Numbered from the whole stretch's first letter, positions 48,910 through 60,624 are shown. The stretch: DNA of 62,153 bases, filler included, from Choristocarpus tenellus KU-1152 (GCA_964200185.2; 9 parts of 9 records of this genome joined end to end with filler, not necessarily neighbours in it), one strand, 5' to 3'. Numbers and translations: made by a program. The notes: generated from the sequence alone by a model not told the origin.

Positions 48910-49872
48910 CAGGGATTTTTGCCGGGCCAGGAAGTTAGCACATCCACTGTCACCCTTATGGCCGGCCATGTTGAACCGGTGGATGGTCATGGACCCAGAC
49001 ATGGTTGAAGTTGGTTAGACATGGCCAGTGGCGACCCCCGTCATGTTGAGTAAGTGACGGCCATGGACACAACCATGTTAGAAAAACCATATAGATGGAC
49101 AGTCAGTTTTTTTTACACTCGGGCTGGTCACATCATGAACATGCCTTCTGTTTTATATTTTTATCACTCCTCTTGATTATTGTATCCTAAATTTCAATTT
49201 TCTAACCCTAAGCTTTAAATATATTATAGTGATATTTCTGTATTTTTTATATTATTTTATTTAGAGTATTAAATTTTAGATTCAATACAAACACAATTTG
49301 GGGTGTTTGATGTGATTCCTTATCCATGTGTGTGTGTGGATGTCTCACATTCACACTTGTACAACACGTACTGGACATGGTCCAGACATGCCGGAAAGAA
49401 ATTGAACGATTGGGTGACCATGTTCCGGAGATAATTGCTGTTTGTCGAGAAACAGTGCTAAAACCAATAATGAGTTGGATTGGACAGAAACATATTTTCA
49501 CCACCACAATTAATTTGCAACCAATTGATGTTAGCAACTAATTTCCCATCATAATTAAATAATTTCAAATTGGACATCGGGAATTTATCAAATTTTGGGT
49601 TGGGTAACTCTAGAATGTGACACCACATTATATATATTGCATTGCTGTGGAAAAGAAAAAAGCTAGACTGGCCGGCGGTTGGACATGGACCGATAGAATA
49701 CCTAATGGACATGGTCTGGACATGTCAGAGTATGTTTTAACTGATCCAGCCAGCAGACATGGACCGGTTCAATACCTAGTGGACATGGATTGGGACATGT
49801 TAAATAAATATGGGACCAATCTAGACACGGATTTGAACTGATTCAATACCTAATGAACATGTACAGGGACTG
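48910..49872. mobile_element. hAT-like non-autonomous element(s) with GGACATG subterminal repeats
   Basis: Begins CAGGGATTTTTGCCGGGCCAGG. Dense (G)GACATG(G)/CCATG motifs at 48960-49140, 49370-49430 and 49680-49865 surround an AT-rich core. Confidence 0.45.
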
Positions 49873-51898
49873 AAAAGAATTGCAGTTGGAATCAAATTTT
49901 TAATAATTTTTCAATTGTTTGTTTGATCAAACGTTCAGCTCAGGAGGCAAGGAACTCCGCAGTCTCGAGAGGTCTCATCAGGCAGACCTGAATCCATGAA
50001 CATGTAGTGGGTTCCATGTATTGACACCTTGTTGTGACAATTAGTATTAGGTTTTGTGGTTCTGTGACCTCCGACATGTTCAGTCACACTGCTTCTGATC
50101 TTTTTGTGAATCTTGTAAATATGAACCCATATATTCGGTTCGAATATTTTGTTGATGAACCTGAATCCAAAGGAATTGTCACAGTTCCCAACAGGATACA
50201 TTTCGAATGGTTACGAAACCACCACTGGAGAAGCAAGGCATGAATGGAAGCATGTGCAATTAGTTGTAGTGCAACAGTTTATATGAGAAGTAGATTGAAG
50301 TGTGTAGTGCCTTTGACTCCAGACAAAAAAGGTGAAAAGACGAAAAAATATTAAACGATACACCCTACTACTACAATATATTGTTGTTACTGTACTACTG
50401 ACGTACAACTTGTACAACATGAGCTTACATATTATACCTCAATCTCCTATGTGGCAGATCAGATTGTCGCAGGATGTTCGCCTGAGTGCATGTAATTCGG
50501 AGACGAGCAGAATTCTACTTACAAAGTGTAAAGAAATATTACGATATGATGAGTTAGTTGTAGGGAACAAGTCATTTTGGCTTCCAAAGATTATTTTTCT
50601 GATGTCGTCATACAAGACATTTATGTCTCTCAGGCATTCGTGATTTGGGTTCAAAATGTCCAGACACTCCTAGAGGTGGGCAAATGTATCATTGTAGCAA
50701 GGAGAGATAGGAACGGATTTGTGGCTTACCCCCCACCATGTGCTTATTTGCACAATTTGACCATAAATGTGCGAAAGGCATTCATTCTCCAAGTTCGACT
50801 ACCTAGTTGGGATTATGTAACGGCCTTAATGCTCAACATTACAGGCTGAAGAGCAGACTCGGGGAAGGTCACTCAATATGGTATCAGGTCGAATGTTTGG
50901 TTCACTGAAATGGTATATTTCATAAGGTATATGTTTCAACTGTTCTCATTTCGTCAAGATACGAGATGTCACTATCGCCAAAATGATCGAAAAGTCGCAC
51001 GTATCAGATGTCAGACCAGTACTCAGACCAGTACTACGTCATTTCAATTTGGTCAGGTGCCGTTGTAACTGCCATATTACAGGGAACATGTGCAGCACCA
51101 CGGACACAGACATATGAGGGTGACAAGACTAGAAGGCTGTACTTGGAAGTCTGCACTACTTGATACGGGAAGAAGAGAGATGAGATCATCATCGCCTTCG
51201 ATATAACAAGTCGCCCATCAATGTCTCAACGACTCAGCCTTGTTGCCAAAACGTTACGACTTCATCCTGTCTGGCACTTTGGGGGCTGCTTAGGTGGAGA
51301 CAATAAAGAGTCAAACCAATTGAGAGGTAGGCAAGCTTGGGCCCTTTTGCATTCTCAGCCATCTTTCTCACCCTGTGCAATACACTCCATCTCGCTGCCG
51401 TATGCGCACAATAGTGTACGCAAAATTGATATTTCTCCATTATTCTACAGACAAATTGACACCACAACTTGCAAGGGATTTTTTTGCGATAATGGTACAA
51501 AAGAGTATCTTTTGTCGTTTCTTGGGATCCTTAAAGTGCAACCCTGTCTACCTCTTAGTCGATTTAACTCAAAATAGTCCTCTTACCCTCCAAATAAATG
51601 TTTCGTTGACGCAATATTTTCTCGAGTTAGAGGCAACGGGCCAAGAGAGCGGACTGATAATACATATTTTGCCCACATACTGTTGCTTCACAGGAAGAAA
51701 ATGGAGTGTTTTGACTGCTTTTGCTTTGAGATGTTTGGCACAAGCAGATTGATATAGTACTGTGAGATCGATATGTACTGCAATTCTGTTCTCTACATCA
51801 CTATCTGTTTGCAGACTCATCAGTTATAGTGGGAGCATGGTCGTGCATGAGCGAGTGGATAATACAAGCCGTGTACATGTTGATCGTACTTTCTAAAA

Positions 51899-51949
51899 GA
51901 CCCAAGGTATCTTGGGGGAGGGAGGGGGATCTACACCAGGGTGTCCATT
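51899..51949 (+). mobile_element. MITE family B left end at contig end
   Basis: GACCCAAGGTATCTTGGGGG...CTACACCAGGGTGTCCATT. Confidence 0.7.
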
Positions 51950-52049
51950 NNNNNNNNNNNNNNNNNNNNNNNNNNNNNNNNNNNNNNNNNNNNTTAATTA
52001 ATTAANNNNNNNNNNNNNNNNNNNNNNNNNNNNNNNNNNNNNNNNNNNN
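51950..52049. other. Artificial contig-joining linker
   Basis: N44-TTAATTAATTAA-N44. Confidence 0.98.
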
Positions 52050-52125
52050 GCAAAAAAAAGAGTTGTTTGACCGAAACGGACGCCCCCTCACAACCCCCCC
52101 CCCCTCCCCCCAGATACTTTGAGTC
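52050..52125. mobile_element. MITE end (family B-like) at contig start
   Basis: CCGAAACGGAC, then poly-C, then the CAGATACTTTGAGTC terminus. Confidence 0.6.
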
Positions 52126-55100
52126 CCACTGGCAACCTTGTACTGAACGGCTGTGGTACCAGAATCCATTGCATGTGAAGTTTCTTCCTACCGCTTTTAT
52201 GGTTTCCTCTCCGTTTTGAGCAACACCTCTCAACGGACGATCGAGGCTCTGCTGCTCGTTCTGTGTCCCTCTCTGCATCATGTAACGCCCTGGCATTCCC
52301 CTTGCGATCATGAGGTGATATTGAATACTTGGCAATAGTTGAGTGACATATAAATCAGAGGTAATTGATGAATGGTAGGCAGTTTGCTTTAAATGCTGAT
52401 CATGCCATTGGGATCCCCTTCTTCTCGGGGTGGTGACTGAAGGACAGAGATGAGTATGGACGCAAGTAGTATTAAACAACAAGGACTTCAATTTACACCC
52501 TTCATACAGGAGTAGTTGCCTCCTGCAAACAAATTTACTGGTCTGTATGTACTCAAGTATACCTCTCCAGTAACTGGGGAAGGATGAGGAGCTTCTACGT
52601 TCATGTTAATGCCTGTGGGGAGCACACATCAAGGCCTCAATGCAACAATGCAGACATAACTGACAGTCGGTGCATGGGCACAAGATGGAGCTAGCTGCAG
52701 TAGGTCTCTGTGCATGCCATGAGAAGGGGTGTGGGAGCAGGTGGAAGAGGCTCATGGGAGTACCACTAGATAATTTTCTGGAGTCAGTCCCATCCCCTGT
52801 GGTGGAAAACATCTCTACACTCGACAATAAAGTGCAGAGGAAGGGTGCATTGTTGCGCTAGGGGAAGCTCCAACCAAAGATGGAGAAGGGGAAGATGGAG
52901 CAACAACCCACAACAGAAGAACAGAAGGATAGGCAAAAAGTTCAAGTCACGATCAATAATATTGTGCTACCAAAACCGGAGCAGTTGAGCGTAAAGGGAA
53001 AATGCTAGAGACGAGACCTTTCCATGCACTGTCTATAGCCTTCACAAGTAATTGATTTAGAGTAGGAGGTATTTCAACTGTGAGAGTTGGGTATATTATT
53101 TGGACGGAAGTGCCTAATATATAGCCAGTGTGCGAGATCGAGGTTGGCTTGTACTTTGTTGTGTTGCTTGTTTAAAAGTAGCAGATGGTAGCACTAGTGA
53201 TGTCTAAGTCCTTCAAAGAGAAGAAACAAATCAAGGAGAAACGCTGCTAATTATGTCAGGTACCCCCTTCTCTGTCATTAATAATGAGAGATATCTTCAA
53301 CGAAAGCAGCAATGGTGTGGGCTCGATCGGACATACCCTCTATGTCCGATCTTTCTGAGAATTGTTGTGAGATCCATGTTGTGAATAGAAGGTGCCACCT
53401 ACGCCTGAGGTCAATTGTCTCGGCAGTTTTGGAAGTCAAGCCTCGAAAAAATTGTCTCGCCCTCATTGTGGTTGAGCAACCCAGTTTGAAAGAGGCTGAA
53501 GCATCACACACATCCGACCTCGCAGAAGTTCGTGCTGGAAATGACGTAGGACTAGCAAGTCACAGTTCAAGTTTGGGGTGGATGAAATGAGTCCCTTTCA
53601 GGAAATGTTCATACAAAAAACAATGTCATCTTTGAACTAGAACTGATTTTCTTTTCTTCTCTCCTTGATCACTGAAAATTACTCGCTTAAGGTATATACA
53701 AGTAAAAGGTATATCTGTTCCTGTCCATCCCAGCATCTACTCACCATAGTAACAAAGTGGCTACTCACCGTACAATCAAGGTTTGTCTCCATCGCTGAGA
53801 GGGGGGTGGCACTTATTGGCCCTGTAAACTCAAGGTGAGTTCTATTGAGGGCAAGGTTTCAATTTGTGGTACCCGACTGGATTATTATCCTGTTCGTAAA
53901 AGAACGTTAAGAAGACCAGTTCCAAGGCGTACACCTTGACAAAGGGGAAAGTTGAGTCCATTGTCACTACACTCAACAATAAACAATTGTTGAACATGAA
54001 CGCGAGGTGTGATAACAACCATGCCGAAAGTCGCGGGGCCCGCTGTGTGTCCTCGAGGCTCGGCATTGGTGTAGTGCTTTCAGAGACATGCAACTCTCTC
54101 TTCTACTTTGGGTGCACGAGAAGAACAGGGCATTCAGAAATATTGATCCAGTCGGGCATTTGCATCTTGTTGCTCTATGATTGGATTTTCTATTGTCAAA
54201 AAGATCTGGGCCTTTGGTTCATCTGCTTCCATTGCATAATAACCACCTCAAACTCGTTCAAACTGAGGTTATGTCCACAGCTGTCTTCAATGTGTGAAAT
54301 ACTTTGCACGAAGTAGTTCATTGTTAGTCACTACCTGCCGACATAGCGAGCATGTGCCTTAGGTTGACTAATGGACAAAAAATAAATTGCAAGTCACTTA
54401 TTTATGTTGTAATGAATTTGAGCTTTGAGGGTCTCTAACGAGATAGCTATATATAGCACCTCATTCAGTAGTGCACATCGGCATCGTTGTGCACCCCTCC
54501 CACCCTTGCATGCTTTGGCTACGAGGATATTGTAGTAAAACCAGCCATTCCAGTCAAAATAGTGTTCTAGTCGTGGCCTATTCGACGATATGACTAGGTC
54601 GTACCTTCCCATCATTTGGTGCACTTCCAGCTATAGGCTGATCCTACCAGAATCTCCCCAATATTTTCAATTTTGATTTAACCCCAGAACCAGGTTATTC
54701 CCTAGAACATACGACCCTTGTAACTTGGGCAACATGTCAAGTGTGGGGAATGTTTTGCTGACACAGAGAAATCTGAAAAGTATTGTTAGTGATTTATGAG
54801 CGATCAGGGACTTGGACAGATAGAGGAATGGTTGTTCTTTCTTGGTTGGGCGAACAAGTAGTGCCACTTTGAATGAGATGTTGTCAAGCGCCAGACAATT
54901 GTTGGGGTATCAATGATCTTAAACCCATTGGCCGCTCTGTGGGGTGTTCTAATATATGCATCACAAGAGTTAGTGTACTGAAATTGTACAAATATGTCAT
55001 GCCCCAATGATTCAAGAATTTGGAATTGTTCCCACTTAAACAGTGTAAAAAAAATAAATAAAAAATCCTGTATCTTCAATTGGGAATACATGGTGCAAAC

Positions 55101-55273
55101 TCAATGATAGAGACGGCTTAGTTTCTAGCAACTCCTGATGTATATTTTTAACCGTCATGCACACGCTAATCTCTCTCTATATGTATATATATATATATGT
55201 ATATATTCCTGTTTCTCGATCCTTGATGTTTAAATGTTTAAACTCCCTTCCTGGTGGATTAGATCACTAGGAA

Positions 55274-55568
55274 ATGAAAGGGGCGGCCTCAGCTACACAA
55301 AGGGTAGAGGCCATGGCGGGGAAGGGGATTTGGAGCCAATCAAGGCATCGGTTTATCCTGCATGTGGTGGCTCTTAGTGCAATTGTGGGAGCTGCTGGGT
55401 TCACTGTGGCCCCTATGCCACAACGAGGAGTATTTGTAGGAGATTCTGCTGTTGGGACCAGGGCCAGGGCCCATCCATCTGGGCGTGGAGCAGGGGGAGG
55501 CAGGTCAGGTTCTTCTGTCAAGATGGCTTCTGTGAAGGTGGTGGGGCCCTCCAAGGGTGGAGAGGGGG
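55274..55568 (+). CDS. N-terminus of a nucleus-encoded plastid-targeted protein (bipartite presequence), 3'-truncated
   Basis: The hydrophobic signal FILHVVALSAIVGAAG is followed by Phe at +1 (AAG|FTVAP, ASAFAP-like), then an R/S/G-rich, acid-poor transit peptide ending SSVKM. The true start may be the second Met (MAGKG). Confidence 0.7.
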
Positions 55569-55668
55569 NNNNNNNNNNNNNNNNNNNNNNNNNNNNNNNN
55601 NNNNNNNNNNNNTTAATTAATTAANNNNNNNNNNNNNNNNNNNNNNNNNNNNNNNNNNNNNNNNNNNN
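55569..55668. other. Artificial contig-joining linker
   Basis: N44-TTAATTAATTAA-N44. Confidence 0.98.
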
Positions 55669-56023
55669 CCATTCCGGGCCTTTTCGAGCTCGGGGGGGGA
55701 GTTGGGGGGGGGGGGGGGGGTGGGAGTGGGGGAGGTGTTGGGGTGTGTGTGCGGGATGTGGTCTCAGGATCAGGAGATATCTCTGTCAAGAGTTCGAGTG
55801 TTTGTTTGATGTCTATGCCCACAGCAGCGGCAGCTGGGGTACAGAGGGAGGGCGGGGGGATGGGGGAGGGAGGTGGGAAGGACAAGGCTGTGCAGGAGCA
55901 GATGGTCCAGATGTGTAAGGACAGGCTTTTGCAGCTCAAGGAGGCAATGCATGATGGGCGGATGAAGCCTCTCACGGGAGGGACATTGCTTCAGGTGACT
56001 GGGTTTTGACCTAGGGTTAGGGC

Positions 56024-56058
<35 letters not shown>

Positions 56059-57534
56059 GTGTTTGAGGTGAAGGGCCTGTTGATTTGGTGTTGGTTGGGA
56101 ATTCTAGAACATTGGGAGGGGAGTGGCATGCTACAAGAGAACCTTTAATGTTTTGTGCTTGCTTGATTGGACTGATTTTGTCACAACATCAATGTTCCTG
56201 TTTTTTACGTCATTGCCAAGCTTGTCGCCTGACCCTGGCCCCGACCACTGCCACTGCCACTGACATGCCCCTTGCCCCTGCCCTTGAGGATATTTTTCGA
56301 TCCTTTATTTTCTTCGCATAGTATACTTCATTGTACAATTTTTTTACTGTTTTGTTTTGTTTTGTTTTATTTTGTTTTTCTTCTGCTTTGGTAAAAAAAA
56401 AAGGTGGGGGCTGGTAAGGAAGTGCAGGTGGGGGTGGTGATGACTCTAGAGAGCAGAGGTGTGGCAGATGAGCTTCAGCGTGAACGATGTGTTGAGAGAC
56501 ACATACAGGTACTCCACTATTTGTTGACTTGAAGAAAAGTATTCATAGTATTGAGGGTGTGTTGTGTTGCCTGCTTGGTTCACCTCTTGGCTAGATCTAG
56601 GTTTGGAGGCAGGGGGAGTGAGTGTAAGGGCTAGGCGTCATGTGCACAGAGATCCATCCATCCATCCGTCCCATCCTTATATATATATATGTGATGTTAT
56701 GAAATATACTTAAAAAATGAAATCCACGATGTGGTCACAACACCTGGGTTTTCAAAATGGAGGTGTGTGCGTAAGTAAATAGTTGCACCAATAGGATTGT
56801 GTAAATGTCACCTAGCTGAACCAATACGATGTGTTGGCTGTGTGGCGATTCCGGTGCCGTCTAACTGTTACCATCTTTGCATTCATTGTTTGTACTATCA
56901 TTTTGTGGTACTATCATTTTGATTGTTGCTGTTTGTTTCGACTGCTTTCATTCTTCTCCTTGTTGTTTTTATTATTATTATTGCTATTTTTACTGTTAGT
57001 ATTATTATTGTGTGATGTTTATTGGTATTACTTTTATTATTATAGTGTTGTGGCATCCCTTATTCAGGCATAATGTGTAAACGGCCCTCTCGCGACCTTG
57101 TTATTGTTATGATTATTATTATTGTTATTATAGTGTTGAGACATCCCTTATTCACCCAAAATATCTAAACGAACCTCTCATGACCTTTTTTATTGTTATT
57201 ATGTTCATTATTATTAAGATGATTATTATAGTATTGTGACATTATTATTATCAAGGTGATTATTATAGTATTGTGGCATTATTATTAAGATGATTATTAT
57301 AGTATTGTCACATCCCTCATTCACCCAAGATGACTATCTAAACAACGCTCTCACCACCTCCGTATGGGGCAGCTAAACCTCCTGAACATCAACTCCGGCA
57401 ATCTACCTCCAAGCCTACGAAGGGGTGCATCTAAGCACGAGCCGCTCCGTGCTAGGAGCTTGCTGGTGAGGGGGAAGTATTGTCGGTCAGAGATGTACAT
57501 TGCACAGAAGAACATCAACTTCGGGAGGGTGGCG
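55669..57534 (+). CDS. Internal exons of an unidentified spliced gene (possible ASH/PapD-like Ig-fold repeat protein)
   Basis: Exons <55669-55994, 56468-56508 and 57423-57534 join in phase (0, then 2): ...MKPLTGGTLLQ-MSFSVNDVLRDTYR-GASKHEPLRARSLLVRGKYCRSEMYIAQKNINFGRVA. There is a strong GTGAGT donor at 57535. INFG.V resembles the start of ASH-type domains (tentative). Confidence 0.6.
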
Positions 57535-57619
57535 GTGAGTGTTTCGAGTAACATGAAACTAAAAACAAACTATTATACTGTTTTGAGGATTACATATACG
57601 TGTACGTGTTATGTATTGA

Positions 57620-58100
57620 AATGTATAATCTAAGTGCATTATACTTTGGAGTGTATGTAAGTATATATATATTGGTTTGTATAATCTAAGTGCATTTTAC
57701 TTTGGAGTGTATGTATGTATGTGGGTATATATATATATATTAGAATGTATAATCTAAGTGCATTATACTTTGGAGTGTATGTAAGTATATATATATTGGT
57801 TTGTATAATCTAAGTGCATTTTACTTTGGAGTGTATGTATGTATGTAGGTATATATATATTAGAATGTATAATCTAAGTGCATTTTACTTTGGAGTGTAT
57901 GTATGTATGTGGGTATATATATATATTAGAATGTATAATCTAAGTGCATTATACTTTGGAGTGTATGTATGTATGTGGGTATATATATATATATATTAGA
58001 ATGTATAATCTAAGTGCATTTTACTTTGGAGTGTATGTATGTATGTATATATGTATGTATGTATGTATATATGTATGTATGTATATATGTATGTATGTAT
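57620..58100. repeat. Minisatellite, ~56-70-bp unit x7, with embedded (TA)n/(TATG)n
   Basis: The core TGTATAATCTAAGTGCATTWTACTTTGGAGTGTATGTA is repeated seven times. Confidence 0.92.
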
Positions 58101-58485
58101 ATCAGTATGTGCTCTGTAGGTGGGAAATAGTATCTTCTGAGGGATGTGTAGAGGTCATTGGGGGAAGATGCATTGTGTGATTTGGGGGGGATTTTGTTTT
58201 TCTTATTTGCTGGTCGGTGTTTTGTATGTGGAGTATCTCGCTTGTGGAGTTTTTCATTTATGTGGGAGTGATGTTGGTGTCGTGTTCTGTGGAGTGGGGG
58301 CTGCCCTCTCTCTGGGGTAGGGACTGCGGTAAGGATCCCGAGTTTGTGATAGTCTTTCATGTATGGGAAAGTGGTACGTAACTGCAATGGTGGGTGTTGA
58401 AGTGTGACGTAACTGCAAGTGTCACAGTGTGCTGCATGTTTCGATGAAATTTCTGTTCTGAATCTGAGTTTGTTTGAAGTGTTCT

Positions 58486-58552
58486 ATGTTATGTTGTGTT
58501 GTGTTGTGTTGTGTTATGTTATGTTATGTTATGTTATGTTATGTTATGTTAT
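58486..58552. repeat. Pentanucleotide microsatellite (TGTTG/TGTTA)n
   Basis: Direct reading of the sequence. Confidence 0.9.
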
Positions 58553-59435
58553 GGGTGTAGAAATGCTTCTACTGCGGAGCGTTTTGTTTCATGTTCGATT
58601 GGATCCACAATTGTACTTAAAACAACAGCTGTTGTTGTGTTCTGTTCATTTAGATACTTCTTTTTGAGATTGAAGAGTTCAGTCTGTTTCTGAAGGAGAG
58701 TATGCACGTTGACGTGATGTGGGGGGACTGTCTCTCCCGATTGAATTACCTGCAAGCAGGTGTTGTGGTTGTTGATTGTGTCTATTCTTGACGAGTGTAG
58801 ATTATAGCATGGGTCTACTGTTGTAGGGAGGGATGTTTTCAGATGCTGAGTTGTTCGGCGCAAGTGAGGGGCGCTGTCTCCTCTTTTCGCTTACTTCAAA
58901 CATTGTAGTAGTTGTTGACAGGGTACTTTTGTGTTTGATAGCGTAACGTCGTTCAAGGGGCCGGCCACTCGCTGTTTCAAAAACTCTTGACTGCCTATTT
59001 TTTATTTTTTTTAAATCTCAATAATATTCCTTTCCTCGGGAGTCAAAGTAACCGAGATTTATGTACCCAGAGTTGTTTTGTTTTGTTTTGTTTTGTTTTG
59101 TATTTGAGGTACCCCAGAGTTGTTTTTTTCACCATAATGACGAGACACGGACAAAATTATTATTTTTTTTTGTATTTTTGTATATTTGTTTGTTTGTTTT
59201 TTTCATTTTTTCGGAATTTTTTCGGAATTTTTTCAAGCGATGGAGAAGCGAACTCTCTCAAGTCAAATTTGGCATTCCATCAACAGAAATATGGGTGAAT
59301 TGTAAAAATAAACAACATGCCAAAAATAGGCTCAAGATGCAAAACGACCAAAGTCTGGGTAACCTCCCCTTTCCTTTTTGGTCTCCCACCCCTCTCCCCC
59401 ATGACCCATAATCCCATCCTTCCCCCTCGCCCCCC

Positions 59436-59535
59436 NNNNNNNNNNNNNNNNNNNNNNNNNNNNNNNNNNNNNNNNNNNNTTAATTAATTAANNNNNNNNN
59501 NNNNNNNNNNNNNNNNNNNNNNNNNNNNNNNNNNN
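59436..59535. other. Artificial contig-joining linker
   Basis: N44-TTAATTAATTAA-N44. Confidence 0.98.
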
Positions 59536-59670
59536 CAGACACCAAGCAATCTCGCCGGGTTTATCACCTTTATCCTCTTTGATGATTTTGGGGATACTTT
59601 AACACAATTTTCCTGGTAATGACCCAAATGGACACCTGGTGTAGACCCCCCCCCACAGATACTTTGGGTC
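59536..59670 (-). mobile_element. MITE family B-like end at contig start
   Basis: CCCAAATGGACACCTGGTGTAGA, then poly-C, then CAGATACTTTGGGTC. Confidence 0.7.
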
Positions 59671-60624
59671 AGATGCATAAGGGAAAAAATTCATACAAAT
59701 ATCGCATGAACCTCTGTAACACCATCAGTCGTAAATGTGAAAGGTATCTCTCTAAAATCTATTTCTATTTGAATATCAGCTATACCAAAAAAACGTTTAA
59801 GCTTGGAAATTGCAATGGATACTGTAATTTAAATTGTTGGATGGATGTCGTTTGGGGGCTCTCACAATTCTGTGCAAAAAAAAACTGGGTACAAAAAACT
59901 CAAGTAGTGGTGGCCCTGTGTAACTTTAAAACTTTTGCACTCCTCCAAAAATAAACTTGGTGTACGTGTTGGTAGATGAGAACCGGTAGATATCTGTACC
60001 TGTCGTCGTATTATCATCTTCCTTTTTACGTACCTGAAATTATGTTAAAAATGAATTTTCATTTGCTCCTCTCCATGAAAAAGTATTTTGTTGAAGGGTT
60101 TGGAATCAACAACATCCAAGCAGCAAGTAGAGGTGGGTTGACAGGAGTAATTTGGTCTTTAATGCCAAGGGAGGTACTCACCTACCTACTGAATATAAAA
60201 TAGCACCCACCCCACCACTGCCTCGTTCCCCTCAATTCCCAACAGCAAAGGTGAAGGGCAGGGAGCCACCTCATTGGGCCAATGCCTCTGCGGTGCAGCA
60301 GTAAGTGAAGAAGTAAACAAGAAAATCAAGCAAGCCACTTTTTACTATATATTCTTTTTTAATTTACTAGTACAGCCAAAAGTAGGAGATGCACCAAATA
60401 TTATCGTCTGTGCTCTCTTGCTTTTCATGTGTTGTACGCCAAATACTTCTCAAAATACTTCATTGATACCCTGACGCAGTAAATGCTGTTTCTCTGGAGT
60501 CCTGTATCACTCCCAATAGCACGGCCTATACTCAAACAACAAGTGTCTCTACATACTCTCTCTGCTAGTATATGTTATCCTCATACAAAACTGGCTTTTC
60601 CCAGCGATGTGAAATGTTCACCCC

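Noticed and set aside
51899-52125. Left and right MITE ends on either side of one linker as a single element (true contig adjacency)
   Set aside because: The outer flanks (AAA vs CCA) do not form a TSD, and the right-hand interior differs from the family B consensus.
57620-58040. Conserved ~38-bp core with variable linkers resembling a CRISPR repeat-spacer array
   Set aside because: The linkers are related TA/TATG microsatellite variants, not unique spacers.
58120-58140. Next exon of the contig-8 gene after a CTGTAG acceptor (VGNSIF*)
   Set aside because: It hits a stop after six codons with no convincing donor, so it cannot be supported.
3620-59535. Recurrent TTAATTAATTAA motif and ORFs ending in XXXX-LIN
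   Set aside because: Assembly linker: an identical 100-nt structure each time. ORFs crossing it are artefacts.
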